NCBI GenBank assembly: GCA_905178155.1
Contig: CAJINV010000006.1
Coordinates: forward strand, 2,830,658 to 2,894,657
Reading direction: 5' to 3'
Length of the DNA: 64,000 bases
Source of the DNA: Amoebophrya sp. A120
Taxonomy: Eukaryota > Protista > Dinoflagellata
In this document: positions 1 through 12,000 of the stretch, one piece after another
How the letters are laid out: every line of letters starts with the position of its first letter
Position numbering within the stretch: position 1 is the stretch's first letter
Position numbers and translations under genes: made by a program
The notes under the pieces: generated by a model
Databases searched by the model: none
What the model saw: only the letters and a program-made list of their open reading frames with translations
What the model was told of the DNA's origin: nothing

Positions 1-228
1 TGCGTATCTTAGCATCACAAATTTTCCATGCTTAAATAATAGCTCCAATTTGTGTTGCAAAGGAGCCCAACAGTAGCCGGGTCTGTTATGCAAAAGATGC
101 CTTGCGCACCTAGATTCTGCATCAGAAAGGCTCGTAGTCCTGTCATGCCAGACAAAAATCTTTCATTTGGAAACTCTGCATGAGAAACTTTTGTAAATTG
201 CGGGGTGGGGGCATTTTTCATTCTGATA
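1..228. mobile_element. Introner element (truncated by window start), same family as 33970-34276 in opposite orientation
   Basis: Ends ggggtgggggcatttttcattctgATA. Reverse-complement similarity to 33970-34276 is also visible in the near-identical spurious ORFs 15..344(-) and 34043..34345(+). Confidence 0.85.
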
Positions 229-3200
229 GCGTGCGGAGTGATTTCCAGGTGTTCGGGAAGGACTTTCAAACCACAGTGGCGGAGGTGACGGCCGCGGGAG
301 GGGGTACAATTACCATCGGAACTACTGAAACAAATAAAGACCACAGCAATCAGAGCGGCAGTGCTGCCACGTCGAGGGGTAAAACAAATAGCAGCAGCGC
401 AGGAGGAGGTGCTTTGACCTGGAACATGCGGCTGACAATCGGGTGTTTGGAAATGCTCATGTACGTGTTGACAACGCTGTTGAAGTCAAAACTACGGTTC
501 GGCGTGAACCAGCTTTTGAAAAACGCGGTCAGTGGTGGGATAGGAGCGCCGGGGAGCACTATGATGATGATGTCTAATACAACAAGCCGAAGGGAGGTCA
601 TGAACCACGCGGGCCAACAGCAATATGGCGATGAATTCGAAATGCTAGAAGAGGAGTTGCTAGAAGATGTGACCAGCGCCGCTGAAATGAAAAACAAAAA
701 CCACCACAGAAAAAATCTCTCCCCCACGACCTCCCCCCCTGGCCGGAGTAGGAGCCCAGCTATAAAAATGCGAGCGCAGGGCAATAGTGGAATTGCCTCT
801 ACTCAGTTGGGCACCCTTACTCCGGGGAAAAAAGAGCTCCAGCCCCCGCCAGGCTTGCAGATTGAGAAACTCGCACTGCACGTTGGGGCGTCGAAGACGA
901 ACGAAGAGATTGAAATGTCGGAGAACCTTATCGCAAGGAAAAACTGTTTCACTGTAAACTTGTAATGCAGAAAATGCATCTTAGAAGTGTTTGTCTTGCT
1001 ACACATGCAAGACAATGGGTTTTAGCCGTGTTTTCCCTTAGGAACCTTGCATGGCAAATCTTTTCTGTCATACGGAACAAACTTGTGATGCAAAACTTGC
1101 AAAATCCTTACAGGGAAACACTTTTTTCGTGTGATAAGCCTGAATTTAGTGCGGAATTCCATGAACTTTCGGAACTCTTTCGACGGAGTGCATGTCCCAC
1201 CAGCGGAGGTATTAAATTCAACAAGCAATCCCAACTTCTTCCCTGCAGCACAACAAGACACTTCACTTCCCTTTTTTGAAGACCTCCGCTCTCCACCAGT
1301 CCAACACCGCGAAATGAACAAAACTGCAGCCACGATTACAGCCGTCACCAGCCCGCCGGGACAAACACAAACAAATTCCTACCGGCGGCAGTATGAGCAG
1401 AAACGGGGCGCGGCGCTGGCGAAGTTGAGTTATGGCTTGCTCAGACGATACAATCTCAAACGTTGCATATATAGGATCTGGAATTTGATGTCTTGCATGA
1501 ACAGCATCAGTACAATACAGAGACTTGGGCTTTTCGCAATACAAATTTCATCAGATTCTCGTGAGGTTTGGAGCTCCGAAACTTGTCATGCGCGCTCCTT
1601 TGGGTGTAGGCCAGATGTTGCGCATTTTGCAACACAAATTCCAGATTCTATTGTAACGTTTGAGATTTTAACACCTGAGCGGGTTATATGAGTCCAACAA
1701 GGGTTCTGAACCGCAACAGCCCGACTTCTCCGGGGAAGATTGAAATTACAGACGGAGACTTTGGCTACGGCAGGCCTAGTGCGGCGGCGAATGAAGGGGT
1801 TGTGGACGATGCGGATGAAATAATCGAAGAGGAATTTCTCATGGAGGAGAGCACACTTGAGCCAGAACTGCAGGCGAAATTCGCCGCGCTGCGAAATGCT
1901 GGGAACAACACAGTAACCAAGCCCGGCACAGCAACAGCATCAGGACCTGCAACCGTGGGCTCAGGTAGTTTAGGCAGAATTCAAATAAAACCACCGTCGC
2001 GGGAAAGTTCCACCGCTTCTGCAGCGGAAGTCGCGGAGCTGCTGGAAAAGGTAGCGGAGACGAATGAAGGAGTACTTTTAGAGGACAAAGAAACAGCAAC
2101 GGCGAACAAGGGCAAAGGTGGAACAGCATCAAATAAAACCAAATCCGGAACTACATCCTCAAGGGGTGGAATAGCAGCGTTGATAAACCCCTTCAAAGGT
2201 GGAAGTACATCAACCACGTCGAGTCGAAGTGCAACCGGTCTTTTATAAGCCGCTCAGGTGTTACCATCGCAAACGTTACAATAGAATCTGGAATTTGTGT
2301 TTCAAGAATTGCATCATCTAGCCAAGTCTCATAGGTTTGCGCATGACAAGTTTCGGCACCCAAAACCCCATTGATATCCGGCGAAATCTGTATTGCGAAA
2401 GGCGCAACTCTACATACGTTCCTCATGCTCTTCATGCAAGACAAAAGCCAGACTCTATTGTAACGTTTGGGATTGTAACGTTTGAGCAGGTCATATCTGA
2501 AGAATCCCTCGAAGCTGTTTGCCGCGTTACCGAGAAAAAGGAAATACGCCGACGTGCACAAAAAGAAGGAGGAATTGAAGGAAAAGAAGAAACAGCAAGA
2601 AGCGAATGCTAGTAGTAGTAACGCACCAGTAATATCTTCTTTGTCGAAGCGAGATCAAAATGAACTGGACGGTGGAGCAGGTCCGAACCACGCAGAAGGT
2701 GGCGACCAGCCCTCTGAAATTTCAGTGATCAATGGCGAGCGTGCGAGAAGCAGGGCGAGCACTGCTGGCGGGAATAGCAACACAAGTAGTGCGAGTTTCA
2801 TGTTCTATGGTGAGAAGCCAGAGGGTGACGCTAGCGCAATCCTCAGCGGGACGAACATGCACCACCACGGGAACACGAATAAGCGACGAGTTTTGTCCCC
2901 TGCACCCACCCGCGTCGGAGCGTTTGCCGTGTCGAATTTTTTATTGCAAAAGGAGAGGGAAAAGGTTGCGGGGGTCGTTCTCGCGGCAAAAAATGCCAGT
3001 GCTAGTAGTCCAGTAGGGAAGACGTCGAGGACGATGACGATCTCCGGTCAACGAGGGGATGAAATAAAGGGCGTTGTAAGTTCTTCCGCGTCAAATCAGG
3101 TTCAGGGTGAGAATGCGAAGCAGATCATGCGGAAATTTTGGCAGAAGTTTGACGCGGGTCAGGATTTGGCAGGGGAGGATGACGATGAAGAGGATGATCT

Positions 3201-3772
3201 TTCTCAAAAACCACTAAAGAACACAAGGACAACCGCACAGCCAGAACTTTCGCAACGTACAAAGAACCAGCAAAGGAGCGACGAGGCAAAGCAGCATAGT
3301 TCGTCGACAAAGCCGGAGCCGCCTAAAGTGGTTGCTCGGAAGCAGGACAGGGTAAAGACGCACACGGCAAGCGGTAGTACAACTCGCAGCGCTGATGAAA
3401 AAGGACGACCTGATGGAGGACCATCATCCTCCGCTGCTGGTGCTGTTGCCCACTTAGAAGTCGTTCCCCCAGCAGGAGCAGACTTCTTGTCGGACGAAGA
3501 TGAGGAGGATTTGTCTCAAGAGATTAGGTTCAAAAATCGGTTAGGATGGCGATATATCCTGTGCAAAAGTCGAAATTATCGCATCACAAATTTGCTCAGC
3601 ATTTTTACAAATGAAATTTGTAATGGAGATTTACCGTAAGGACAAGATTTGTAATGCATGACTGCAACAGTTACGTACGAGTGCGATGCTTTTGCAATGC
3701 ATACGGTACGACCACGCTTTTTCCGAGGGTGACGATGAGGAGATTGAAGTGGAGGACGAAATTGAGTTGTGA
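1..3772 (+). CDS. Host gene 1 (5' part outside window): low-complexity Ser/Thr/Gly/acidic protein of unknown function; exons approx. 229-928, 1137-1430, 1689-2243, 2496-3554, 3704-3772
   Basis: ORF-track pieces 180, 1131, 1688 and 2482 join in frame when each TAT..ATA element plus one 5-bp repeat is removed (ENL|NLVRNS, KLS|PTRV, TG|LKNPS, WR|YDHAFSEGDDEEIEVEDEIEL*). Stop TGA at 3770-3772. Confidence 0.8.
929..1136. mobile_element. Introner, TATC(gc)AAG(g/a)AAAAACTGT family
   Basis: TAT...ATA ends, flanks aacct/agcct. Relatives at 6331-6541 and 28998-29193; related ends at 7691, 9279, 11436, 29231, 30883, 33601, 60032, 62001. Confidence 0.85.
1431..1688. mobile_element. Introner, TATRACCYGCTCARRYGTTACAATCTCAAACG family
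   Basis: Perfect 5-bp TSD tgagt. Siblings at 2244-2495 (inverted), 11687-11960, 31651-31891, 55776-56031, 60480-60731. Confidence 0.9.
3555..3703. mobile_element. Introner, short (~150 bp) TATCCTGTGCAAAAGTATCG family
   Basis: Flanks cgata/cggta. Siblings at 6584-6735, 29926-30089, 31151-31309, 48588-48744, 57978-58126, 59488-59637, 61500-61659. Confidence 0.85.
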
Positions 3773-4605
3773 TGGAATGGTGATTTATTTCCTGGTGCGA
3801 ACCGCTTTTGAAGTTGAAGGTATCATATTCGACTTTCTTGATTGTAGTTTTTGTTTTGATTTGCCGGAACAAGTTTGGCAATTAGGTTTTCATTGCCAAG
3901 AAGACGACCTTGAAGTTATGTTTTCTTCATTTTGCGAGACCGAATAATGCCTTGACGCGAAGTTCATACGCTTTCATTTTCAAATTCAAAGTAAAAAAAC
4001 ATGAATTGCTTCGCGCGTCGCGAGCGCGACGAACAGTTGTTTTCAAACTCCAAGTGTGGAGCGTGTCTGTGCGCTGGGCCGGCTTCGTGTTCATGCAATT
4101 CAGCAGCTGGAGGCACTGCTGTAGCTGTTCCAGTCCGTTCTTTTCCTTTTGTGAATTAGAGAACATGGCAATTGTTCTGCTGGTGGTCCGTGTTTCTGTT
4201 GCTTAGCCGAGTCAAGTCCGGGCATTCATCTGAGGGCCGAGATTTGCGGGGGCAACTAGGTCCAGCGTTTGCCTGGGCGCGGTTAAAATCCATGGCGAGG
4301 CTCATCCTCCACGGTTTTGGCTCCGCGCCGTGGCGTCCGTGATCGGCGCGATTGGCCCGGCAGTTGCGTGGCGCCTCGGTGCGGCGCGGGTCCCGCTATG
4401 TTTCCCGGGCCTTGCTTCCTCTTGGGCCTGGGCGGTTTGATTCGCGGAAAAGCGAGGCGGCCGGACCTCGTGCCCCGCCCGCTTGTTGTCGCTAGCGTGT
4501 TGCTGTGCGGTGGCTCGCTGCCGCTGTGTCGGATTGCGTAGCGTATGCGCAAGCACAGCGCGCAGCTCTTGCGCTATTGGGCTTTCACAGTTCCCAGCCT
4601 GTCAC

Positions 4606-4733
4606 TCGGACGAAAAGCGAGGCCCCTTGTCCCTCGTTCGAACGAAAAACGAAAAAGCTTGTCCGCCGTTCGGACGAAAAACGAGACCCCTCGCCCGCCG
4701 TTCGGACGAAAGGCGAAACGCTTTGCATTCGGC
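4606..4733. repeat. Degenerate 32-bp tandem repeat (4 copies) within a GC-rich intergenic block
   Basis: tcggacgaaa(a) recurs at 4606, 4638 (variant tcgaacgaaaa), 4670 and 4702. Confidence 0.8.
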
Positions 4734-6072
4734 CGGACGGCCTGGGACGGTTGGCCCTGGTGTGGGGGGCTCAATAAAGGGGCAGACGGGGCGCCCGCAT
4801 CAGGCGGCGCGACTCTTGGTTGATGGTGGGGCGCTCTTTTCGAGGGGGTTCTCGTGCAGTGTGGGTTCGCGGGAAGCGGCAAAACGTACGAGCAAGCGCG
4901 ATGGATCTGGGAATATTGCGAAGCCCCAGGGGCGTACTTCGTTGCGCCGCCCGGCTCGCTTGGCGTGTTAAGCCGGGGGCGCCCGCCACAAACAAAGCGC
5001 CGCGGCGCCCCATGTCAGTCCGGGGAGGGGCGGCAGAAGCCGAGCGGGGCCACCGCGCGGCGGCGCGACAGCCGCCTGCCGGGCTTTGTTCGCCGACGCA
5101 TATGCCCGGCGCGTGGCCTCTGCGCGGCCGTGCTTTCCTGCTCTGCTTCATTCTTGGCCGGGCCCTGTCGCCGGCTGCTTTTCAGGTCGCGCAGATTGCG
5201 GCGCCTCTGGGGCGGGCCAAGCAGAATCCGGCGGGCCACCAGAATACGCGGCGGGGCGGCCAGCACCCCCGTAGCGGCATGGCCCCCCGCCGGCGGGTGT
5301 TCTGCCTACTTTACGTGGATCAAGCTGCTGCGCAGACTTCTATTCTTATTCCAGCGCAAAATCGGTATGCCGGGTCTCGGAACTTGTATGTTGGGTCGCC
5401 CGCCCTCGGCGCAAATTGCTCCCCCCGCGAAAATAGCCCGCCCGGCGTGGCAAGCACGAAGACAAAGCCCGCGCGGCCTGCCGGCAGAGGGCCAGCGGGC
5501 CGCCTTCCCGCCCGGCCGGCGGTCCCCGCCCCTTGCTTTGCGCGCGCTTGGCGCAGGCTTTTCCCGGCGCCCGCCTTGCCCCCTGTCGGGGCCCGGGCCG
5601 CCCGTCGGCCGCGGGCGTTCAGTTCTCATTGCGGTGCCTGCGCGAATGGTATAAAGGGAAACTCTGATGCGGCGTATTTTCGAACCTTCGCGATTGGTGA
5701 TCGTGTTGCGCCGACACAGAGCCACGGCGGCCGCAAGTTGAAGGAAAGGCATTATGTATTGATGGCCCCCTCTGATGCAGATGCAGGAGCGAGCATGGCG
5801 CATTTGGCTGAGTTCAAACATGTTCCACCTAAGCATGGCCCGGCGGCTGTCGCTGTTGGGAGTACTATTAGTCCGTTGTACTAACCTTGTTGAGTGTGGA
5901 AGCACCATGGCGCGTGAGCGGGCCCTATGATTGCACTCATCTTTGTTGAAGTGAGAGAGCCCCTGCGTGAGTGTGGTGTACGCTACGAGAGGCACAGGCT
6001 AGTACCAGCACAGTCGCCCTGTCGTCCAGCATTTGTCCGAAATAGCACGGCCTCGGCACAGGAGTATTAAAG

Positions 6073-9000
6073 ATGGAGTTTGAGTTCCAGCAAGCCCGGC
6101 GAAGATCCTCATCTTCTACTGGGAGAGGACAAGAAAACCAACGAGACCTCCCGGATGAAGATCGTGAACAACATCGAAACCAGCAAGACAACTTCGGCGC
6201 AGGAGGAGGAGCTAGAAGTTCTTCCCGGCAAATAAACAAAAGTCCCAAAAAAAGGCGGAAAGAACACGATAGAGTGAAAGACCCCGCCATGTCGTCCACT
6301 GCTCGAAAGTACTATGCTAGAAGTACAGAATATCGTACGAAAAAACTGTTTCACTGTAAGGATTTTGCAGGTTTTGCATCACAAGTTTGTTTACACATGG
6401 CGCAAAAATTTGTCATGCGCACTTCCCAAGGGAAAACACCCTTAAAAATCCAATGCCTTGCATGTGTAGCAAGACAAATAGTTTTGTGTTCCATTCCATG
6501 CATCACAAGTTCAATCAGTGAAACAGTTTTCTCTTGCGATACGGAACCCATGCAGCAGGTGGACGTCGAGTCAGACGAGGACTTATCCTGTGCAAAAGCA
6601 TCGTACTCGTATTGCAATCACGCCTTACAAATCTTTCTCTTAAGGTAAATCCCCATTACAAATTTTATTTCTCATGCTGAGGAAATTTGTATATGCATTT
6701 ATACGAGCACGATACTTTTACTTTTGCAGTTCATAGGACTTCTACGGTCACAACTTCTCCCGTGCGGCGATACACGCTGCTAGTAGTTTTGGGGACAACA
6801 GTAATAGCTCATCTTATCAACAACAACAGCACAACCTGTCACAGCACGATTTTCGCCATCACCAGAAGCAGCTCCGCCGGGCGCAAACCGCCGGGCCGCG
6901 GCGGCCGGTGCATCAAAATATCAAAAGGAAAAATCCCCCCTCGTCCCCATATCGAAAAGGAAATCTGTGATGCTGGATTTGCGTACACAAATCAGATTTG
7001 TCTTGCAGTAGAGGACTGCAGGCAGATGCAAAGCCTGGAGAGGGGTCTGGTGGTGTAGGCGCCTGGCATGGTAGACGGCTGTCCTTTAGTCCTTACAGCA
7101 TTACAGATCGCCTGCGTAGCGTGGCAGAGAGCCTGGCTTTGCCTTCTCGCAAGACAGACAGGCTTTGTGGCCACAAATCTGCATCACAAATTTTCAAAAG
7201 GATGCCTTTTCAACATGGGGAGGGGGGATTATTCCTTGCTATACAAAATCCTCCGCCCCCACAGTTTCCTCCAGTCCCCGCACCCCCGGAATTGAACCCG
7301 AGAAACCGACTATGCATTGCAAATATGTGGGGGTATGGCAGGATGTAAACTTGTGATGCTGCATTTGCATACTTAAAAAAGTCTGTATTGCATGAACAGC
7401 AATAGAGGTTCACATTTTGCCGCGGCGAGAGGGTATTTCTCATGCGGCATAGGCGTCAGGAAGCCCTCGCAAAATCTGTGATGCTAGGGAATGCATCACA
7501 GACGTCAGGAATCATGCAAAACATGCTTGACAAACCTTGCACCCTTCCAGACGTCCAGAGATATTTGCATTGGATACCGACCCGCGAGACCGAATTTCTC
7601 CAGTTCGCAAGACTACCGGGCAAAGTTAAATTCCAGGTCGAACAGTAATTCTGGGGGAGGGGGAGGAAATAGTGAAAACAGAAGGAGAAGTATGCAAGGA
7701 AAAATAAACTGTGTAAGTGTATTGAATCTGTGATGCAAAAAATGCAAAGCAGTTACACTTGTCATGCCGGCCGACACCCATGAAGTCCTCTTTTCATGTG
7801 TGTTAGTGTTTTCACGTCCTAGCATTGCATGACAGGCTTTCATCTCTCTCGTGCAGAGCAAATTTGTATATGTTGGCACCGCAAGAGACCTACACCAACA
7901 CAGTTTTTTCCCTGGATAAGAAGTTCTCGTAGAAGCAGTCAGAATAATTATCACGTCTGGGACGACGGTAGGCACTGGACAGAAAATGACACGGATCCGG
8001 GTGGAGAAATAAAGGATCACGGTACGAACGGGATAAACAATGCTTCAAATAACGGCAGTAACGGTGGCGGCACAAACAACAACACAACAAATGGTGGAGC
8101 AGCAGCAGCTGCTGCAACTGGCGATCTTCACCAACAAAAGCAGAATCACCAAAATGGCAGCAATAACGGCAGTTCGGATAAAGACAACTCCAACCCTGTA
8201 TCTGGTGGCAATGATCCTCCAGATAACAACTCTTCCACCGCGATATCAAATGTAAAAATGTCTGGGTCTGGAATCTTGTGATGCTAAAATGTGCATGGTG
8301 AAAACGCTTCCGAATGCAGTTCGGCATGACAACTTCCCAAAACGCTTTCTCATAGGAAATCCGCATGAGAAGCTGCGTTTTTGCATTACAAAAGAGGCTG
8401 CGACTTTTCTTGTTTATGCAATACAGATTTTCTAGGTATGGAAAGCTAGCATTACAAGTTCCAACCTTCCAGACCCAGACACTTTTACAATCCATACGCG
8501 AAAGAAGGCGGTTCGCAAACCGGATCGCAGCCGGTCCCCTTGTATCAAATGTAAATATGTCTGGGTCTGGAAACTTGAGATGTAAGTCAGTCAATACCAG
8601 ACGCACTGTAATGCGCCGCCAAGCATGACAAGTTGCTTCGCGCTTCTGTGCTGCGTACTCACTCCGCATGAGAAACTGCGTTTTTGCATGACAGGTAAGC
8701 GGAGCTCTTCGCGGCCACGCAATACGGAGTTCAGAGACATGCCAGACTAGCATGACAAATCTCGCAATTTCCCAGACATCCAGGGATATTTGCACTTGAT
8801 ACCTTGGATGAGAGAACAGGAACGCGGGAAAGTGAGTCAGCAGCAGGAACAACTACACAGCAGCAGCCTATCAAAGTGAAAAAATACCCCACCCCATATT
8901 CAAAAGACAATTTGTGTTGCTGGATTTGCGCACACAAATGAGCTTTGTATTGCGCCAAGAGCTTGTCGGCATATTCTAAAGTCCATTTGGGTACTACGCA

Positions 9001-12000
9001 TCCGGCTAGCAGCGGAGCATGAGAAACAAGTCTGAAATAGGCGGAAACGCATGACAGACTCGCTGCGCAATGCGTCACATGGGAGTCGTTTGCTTTGTAC
9101 GCAAGACAAAGCTGATTTGTGGTCACAAATCAGCATCACAAATTCCCTTTTCGATATAAGGAGGGGGAGTTTTTCCTTACGATACAGCCGCCGCAAAGGC
9201 CCCAATCTTCCAAACTGTTCCGGTTCCTCCCCAATTTTAGCCGGCCAGGTTCCGCGAAAGTAAACCCCGCGCTAGAGGTATCGTGAGAACAAAGTGTTAC
9301 AGTTACACATTGTGTTCTTGCAGGAGCCGCAAGACAGACAGCTTTTGCCATGCAAGAAATGCTTGCGAACTTCATTTCGTATTCGTACGTGTTTTCCCTT
9401 GGGATCTCTGCATTGCAAGGTTTCTCTGCCACACAGAGAATAAGTATTTGTGTTGCTGAAGTTACAACAAATGTGTAACTGTAACACTTTTTTCTTGTGA
9501 TAAGAGGGGGTGGAACTACGAGTGAACGGTACGAATCTGCAGCAAAAGGGGGGCAGTAGTAGCTCCACCGCGAAAGGTGGATCACGTGGTACTTCTAGCG
9601 GGGTGAATGGACGAAAGGTGATCGATCTCACCACAGACGATGATGAAAACGGAAAAGAAGTCGAGGACGTCGTTGACCTGGGGGAGGATTTGATATCAAC
9701 AGCAAATTTCGACGGCCAGTACCAGTACAGATACAAACTCAACAAATTGTGCTTCTGTAAATGACAAAAGTTATCGTTATCTCCATGGAGCATGACTGCA
9801 ACCGGCATGCTTTAGGTCGACGTTGGGGAAATTTGTGATGCATTTATTTTTTACGTGAACAAGAACCACAACGTGTGCGGTAAATGTAAATTTGTATTGC
9901 ATAGGACGAGGAGGAGGACGAGGATGATATCATTTGTAAAAACGTCCTCACCCCATAGTTGTCGTGCAAATCTGCATGCTCAAAATATTTCTCATGCGGA
10001 AGCGGAACCTCATGACACGCATTTTCTAGTCGTGGTTTGTGATTTGTAATGCTGCAATCAGCACAATAGGCTAGATCTGTGATGCTTCTCCACAAGCTAA
10101 ACAGGATTACACTACGAGGCCAAACTTGTCATGCGCAACAGCCAAGCCTTGTGGATTTGTCTAGCAGATTTCCCATCTTGACTCTGGTGTGGGGACGTTT
10201 TTACAAATGATAGATGACCCGTCAAGATTAACTTCCCGCAAAGCGAGTAGCAAAGACAAAGATCCGAAATTCGCTTTCCGGAAAGCGGAATCGAGAATAT
10301 GCATTGCAAATATGTCTGGGTCTGGAAGAATGCGCGATTTGTCATGCTAGTCTGGCATGACTCTGCACTTTGTATTGCGTGGCCGCGAAGAGCTCCTTCT
10401 CCCTGTCATGCAAAAACGCCGTTTCTCATGCGGAATACGCAACTCAGAACCAACATGAAAAAAACTTGTCATGCTTGGCAGCGCATTGCAGTGAGCTGAC
10501 TATTCCCTTCCCTGCGTCGCAAGTTTCCAGACCCAGACATATTTGCAATGCACAGAGAATGGATTTGGACGATATCCTCCGCGGGGAGGAGAAGCGGAAA
10601 AAGCGAGATGCGTTTATCAAACGCAAATTATCGATCATCTGCGTCGTCGGGAAAATAAAAAATGCACACGAATTCTTCGATCCTGCTGAGCTTCGCATAA
10701 GATGAATATGCGGCTGTCTGTACGGCAGGAGAAAGCATGACAAGTTTATTTCTAATATTGCGAATTCAACCGTAAGAATACTATTAAATTTCGTGTGACA
10801 ATAAAGAACTGTCTTTCAAGCGCCAATCATGATGCCCTTGATCAGCAATACAGATCTCTGCCGCATGCGGAAATTTATTCGCATGACAAATCTAGACTAG
10901 ACCCGGATGTATTTGCATTTTTGCATAGCCTTGAAGATGGTACAGCGGGGGATCATATGGATTGCAAATATGTCTGGGTCTGGATGGATGCGAACTTGTG
11001 ATGCTACCTTTGGACTCTACATAAAACCTGTCTTGCATGAACAGCAAAAGAGGTGCAATTTGTGCTACGCGGAGAGGGCATTTCTCATGCGGTATGAACA
11101 TCAGAAGGCCCCCGCACCAGAATCTCTGATGCTAGGGTCAATGCATCACAGACCTCATGGGTCATGGAAAATCTGCATGACAAACTTCTGCATTCTTCCA
11201 GAGGACCCAGACATATTTACAATCCATAGATCAGGGAAGATGTAGAAGAAGAAATGGATGCGGACAGGACGGACGGGGTGGAAGGTATATGTACCTGCTG
11301 CTTCATTTTTTGTCATGCACAGAGCTGCATGAATAGCTGAATGCGGGAAACGAATTCTGCATGACAGATTTATCAATGCAAAAAAAAGAACTACAGACAT
11401 CGCCGAGCTGCACCGTGGCGGGACGTTAGAGTTCTTATCCAAGAAAAAAACTGTGTGAGTGTAGGTGTCATGGGGTGACAGCATGAGAAACTTGTTCTAC
11501 ATGACACAGAATCCTGTCATGCACAGCTAGCAACTGAAAACACGTATGAAAAGAGAGCATGATGGGTGGCCAGCATGACAAGTGTAACTGTGTAGCGCGC
11601 TTTGCATGACAGACTTACACTTACACATTTTTTTTCTTGCATAGTTCTCCAACGTGACCGACAAATTAGAAGGCGAAAGGACTCGGTATGGCCTGCTCAA
11701 GCGTGACAATCTCAAACGGTGCGAATAGAATCTGGATTTTGTCATCTTGCATGATGAGCATGACAGACTCACACAGCTGCGTTCCACTTTCTGCAATACA
11801 TCAAATTTCGACAGATAATTCTACTGCGGTTTGGGACCACTCCGAAACTTGTCATGCGCATCAATCCTGTGCGAGTACTCTAGATCATGCAGTTCTTGCA
11901 TCACAGATTCCCATATTCTATGGTAACCGATTTGAGATTGTAACACCTGAGCAGGTTACACGCGGTCGGGTTTGGATATCAATGCGATTATGATGCGGTC

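Noticed and set aside
4283-5995. Long ORFs in GC-rich blocks (e.g. 4820..5884; also 41438-42606 and 62727-63872)
   Set aside because: Arg/Pro/Gly/Ala-rich, overlapping in multiple frames and without recognisable motifs, as expected from stop-codon scarcity.
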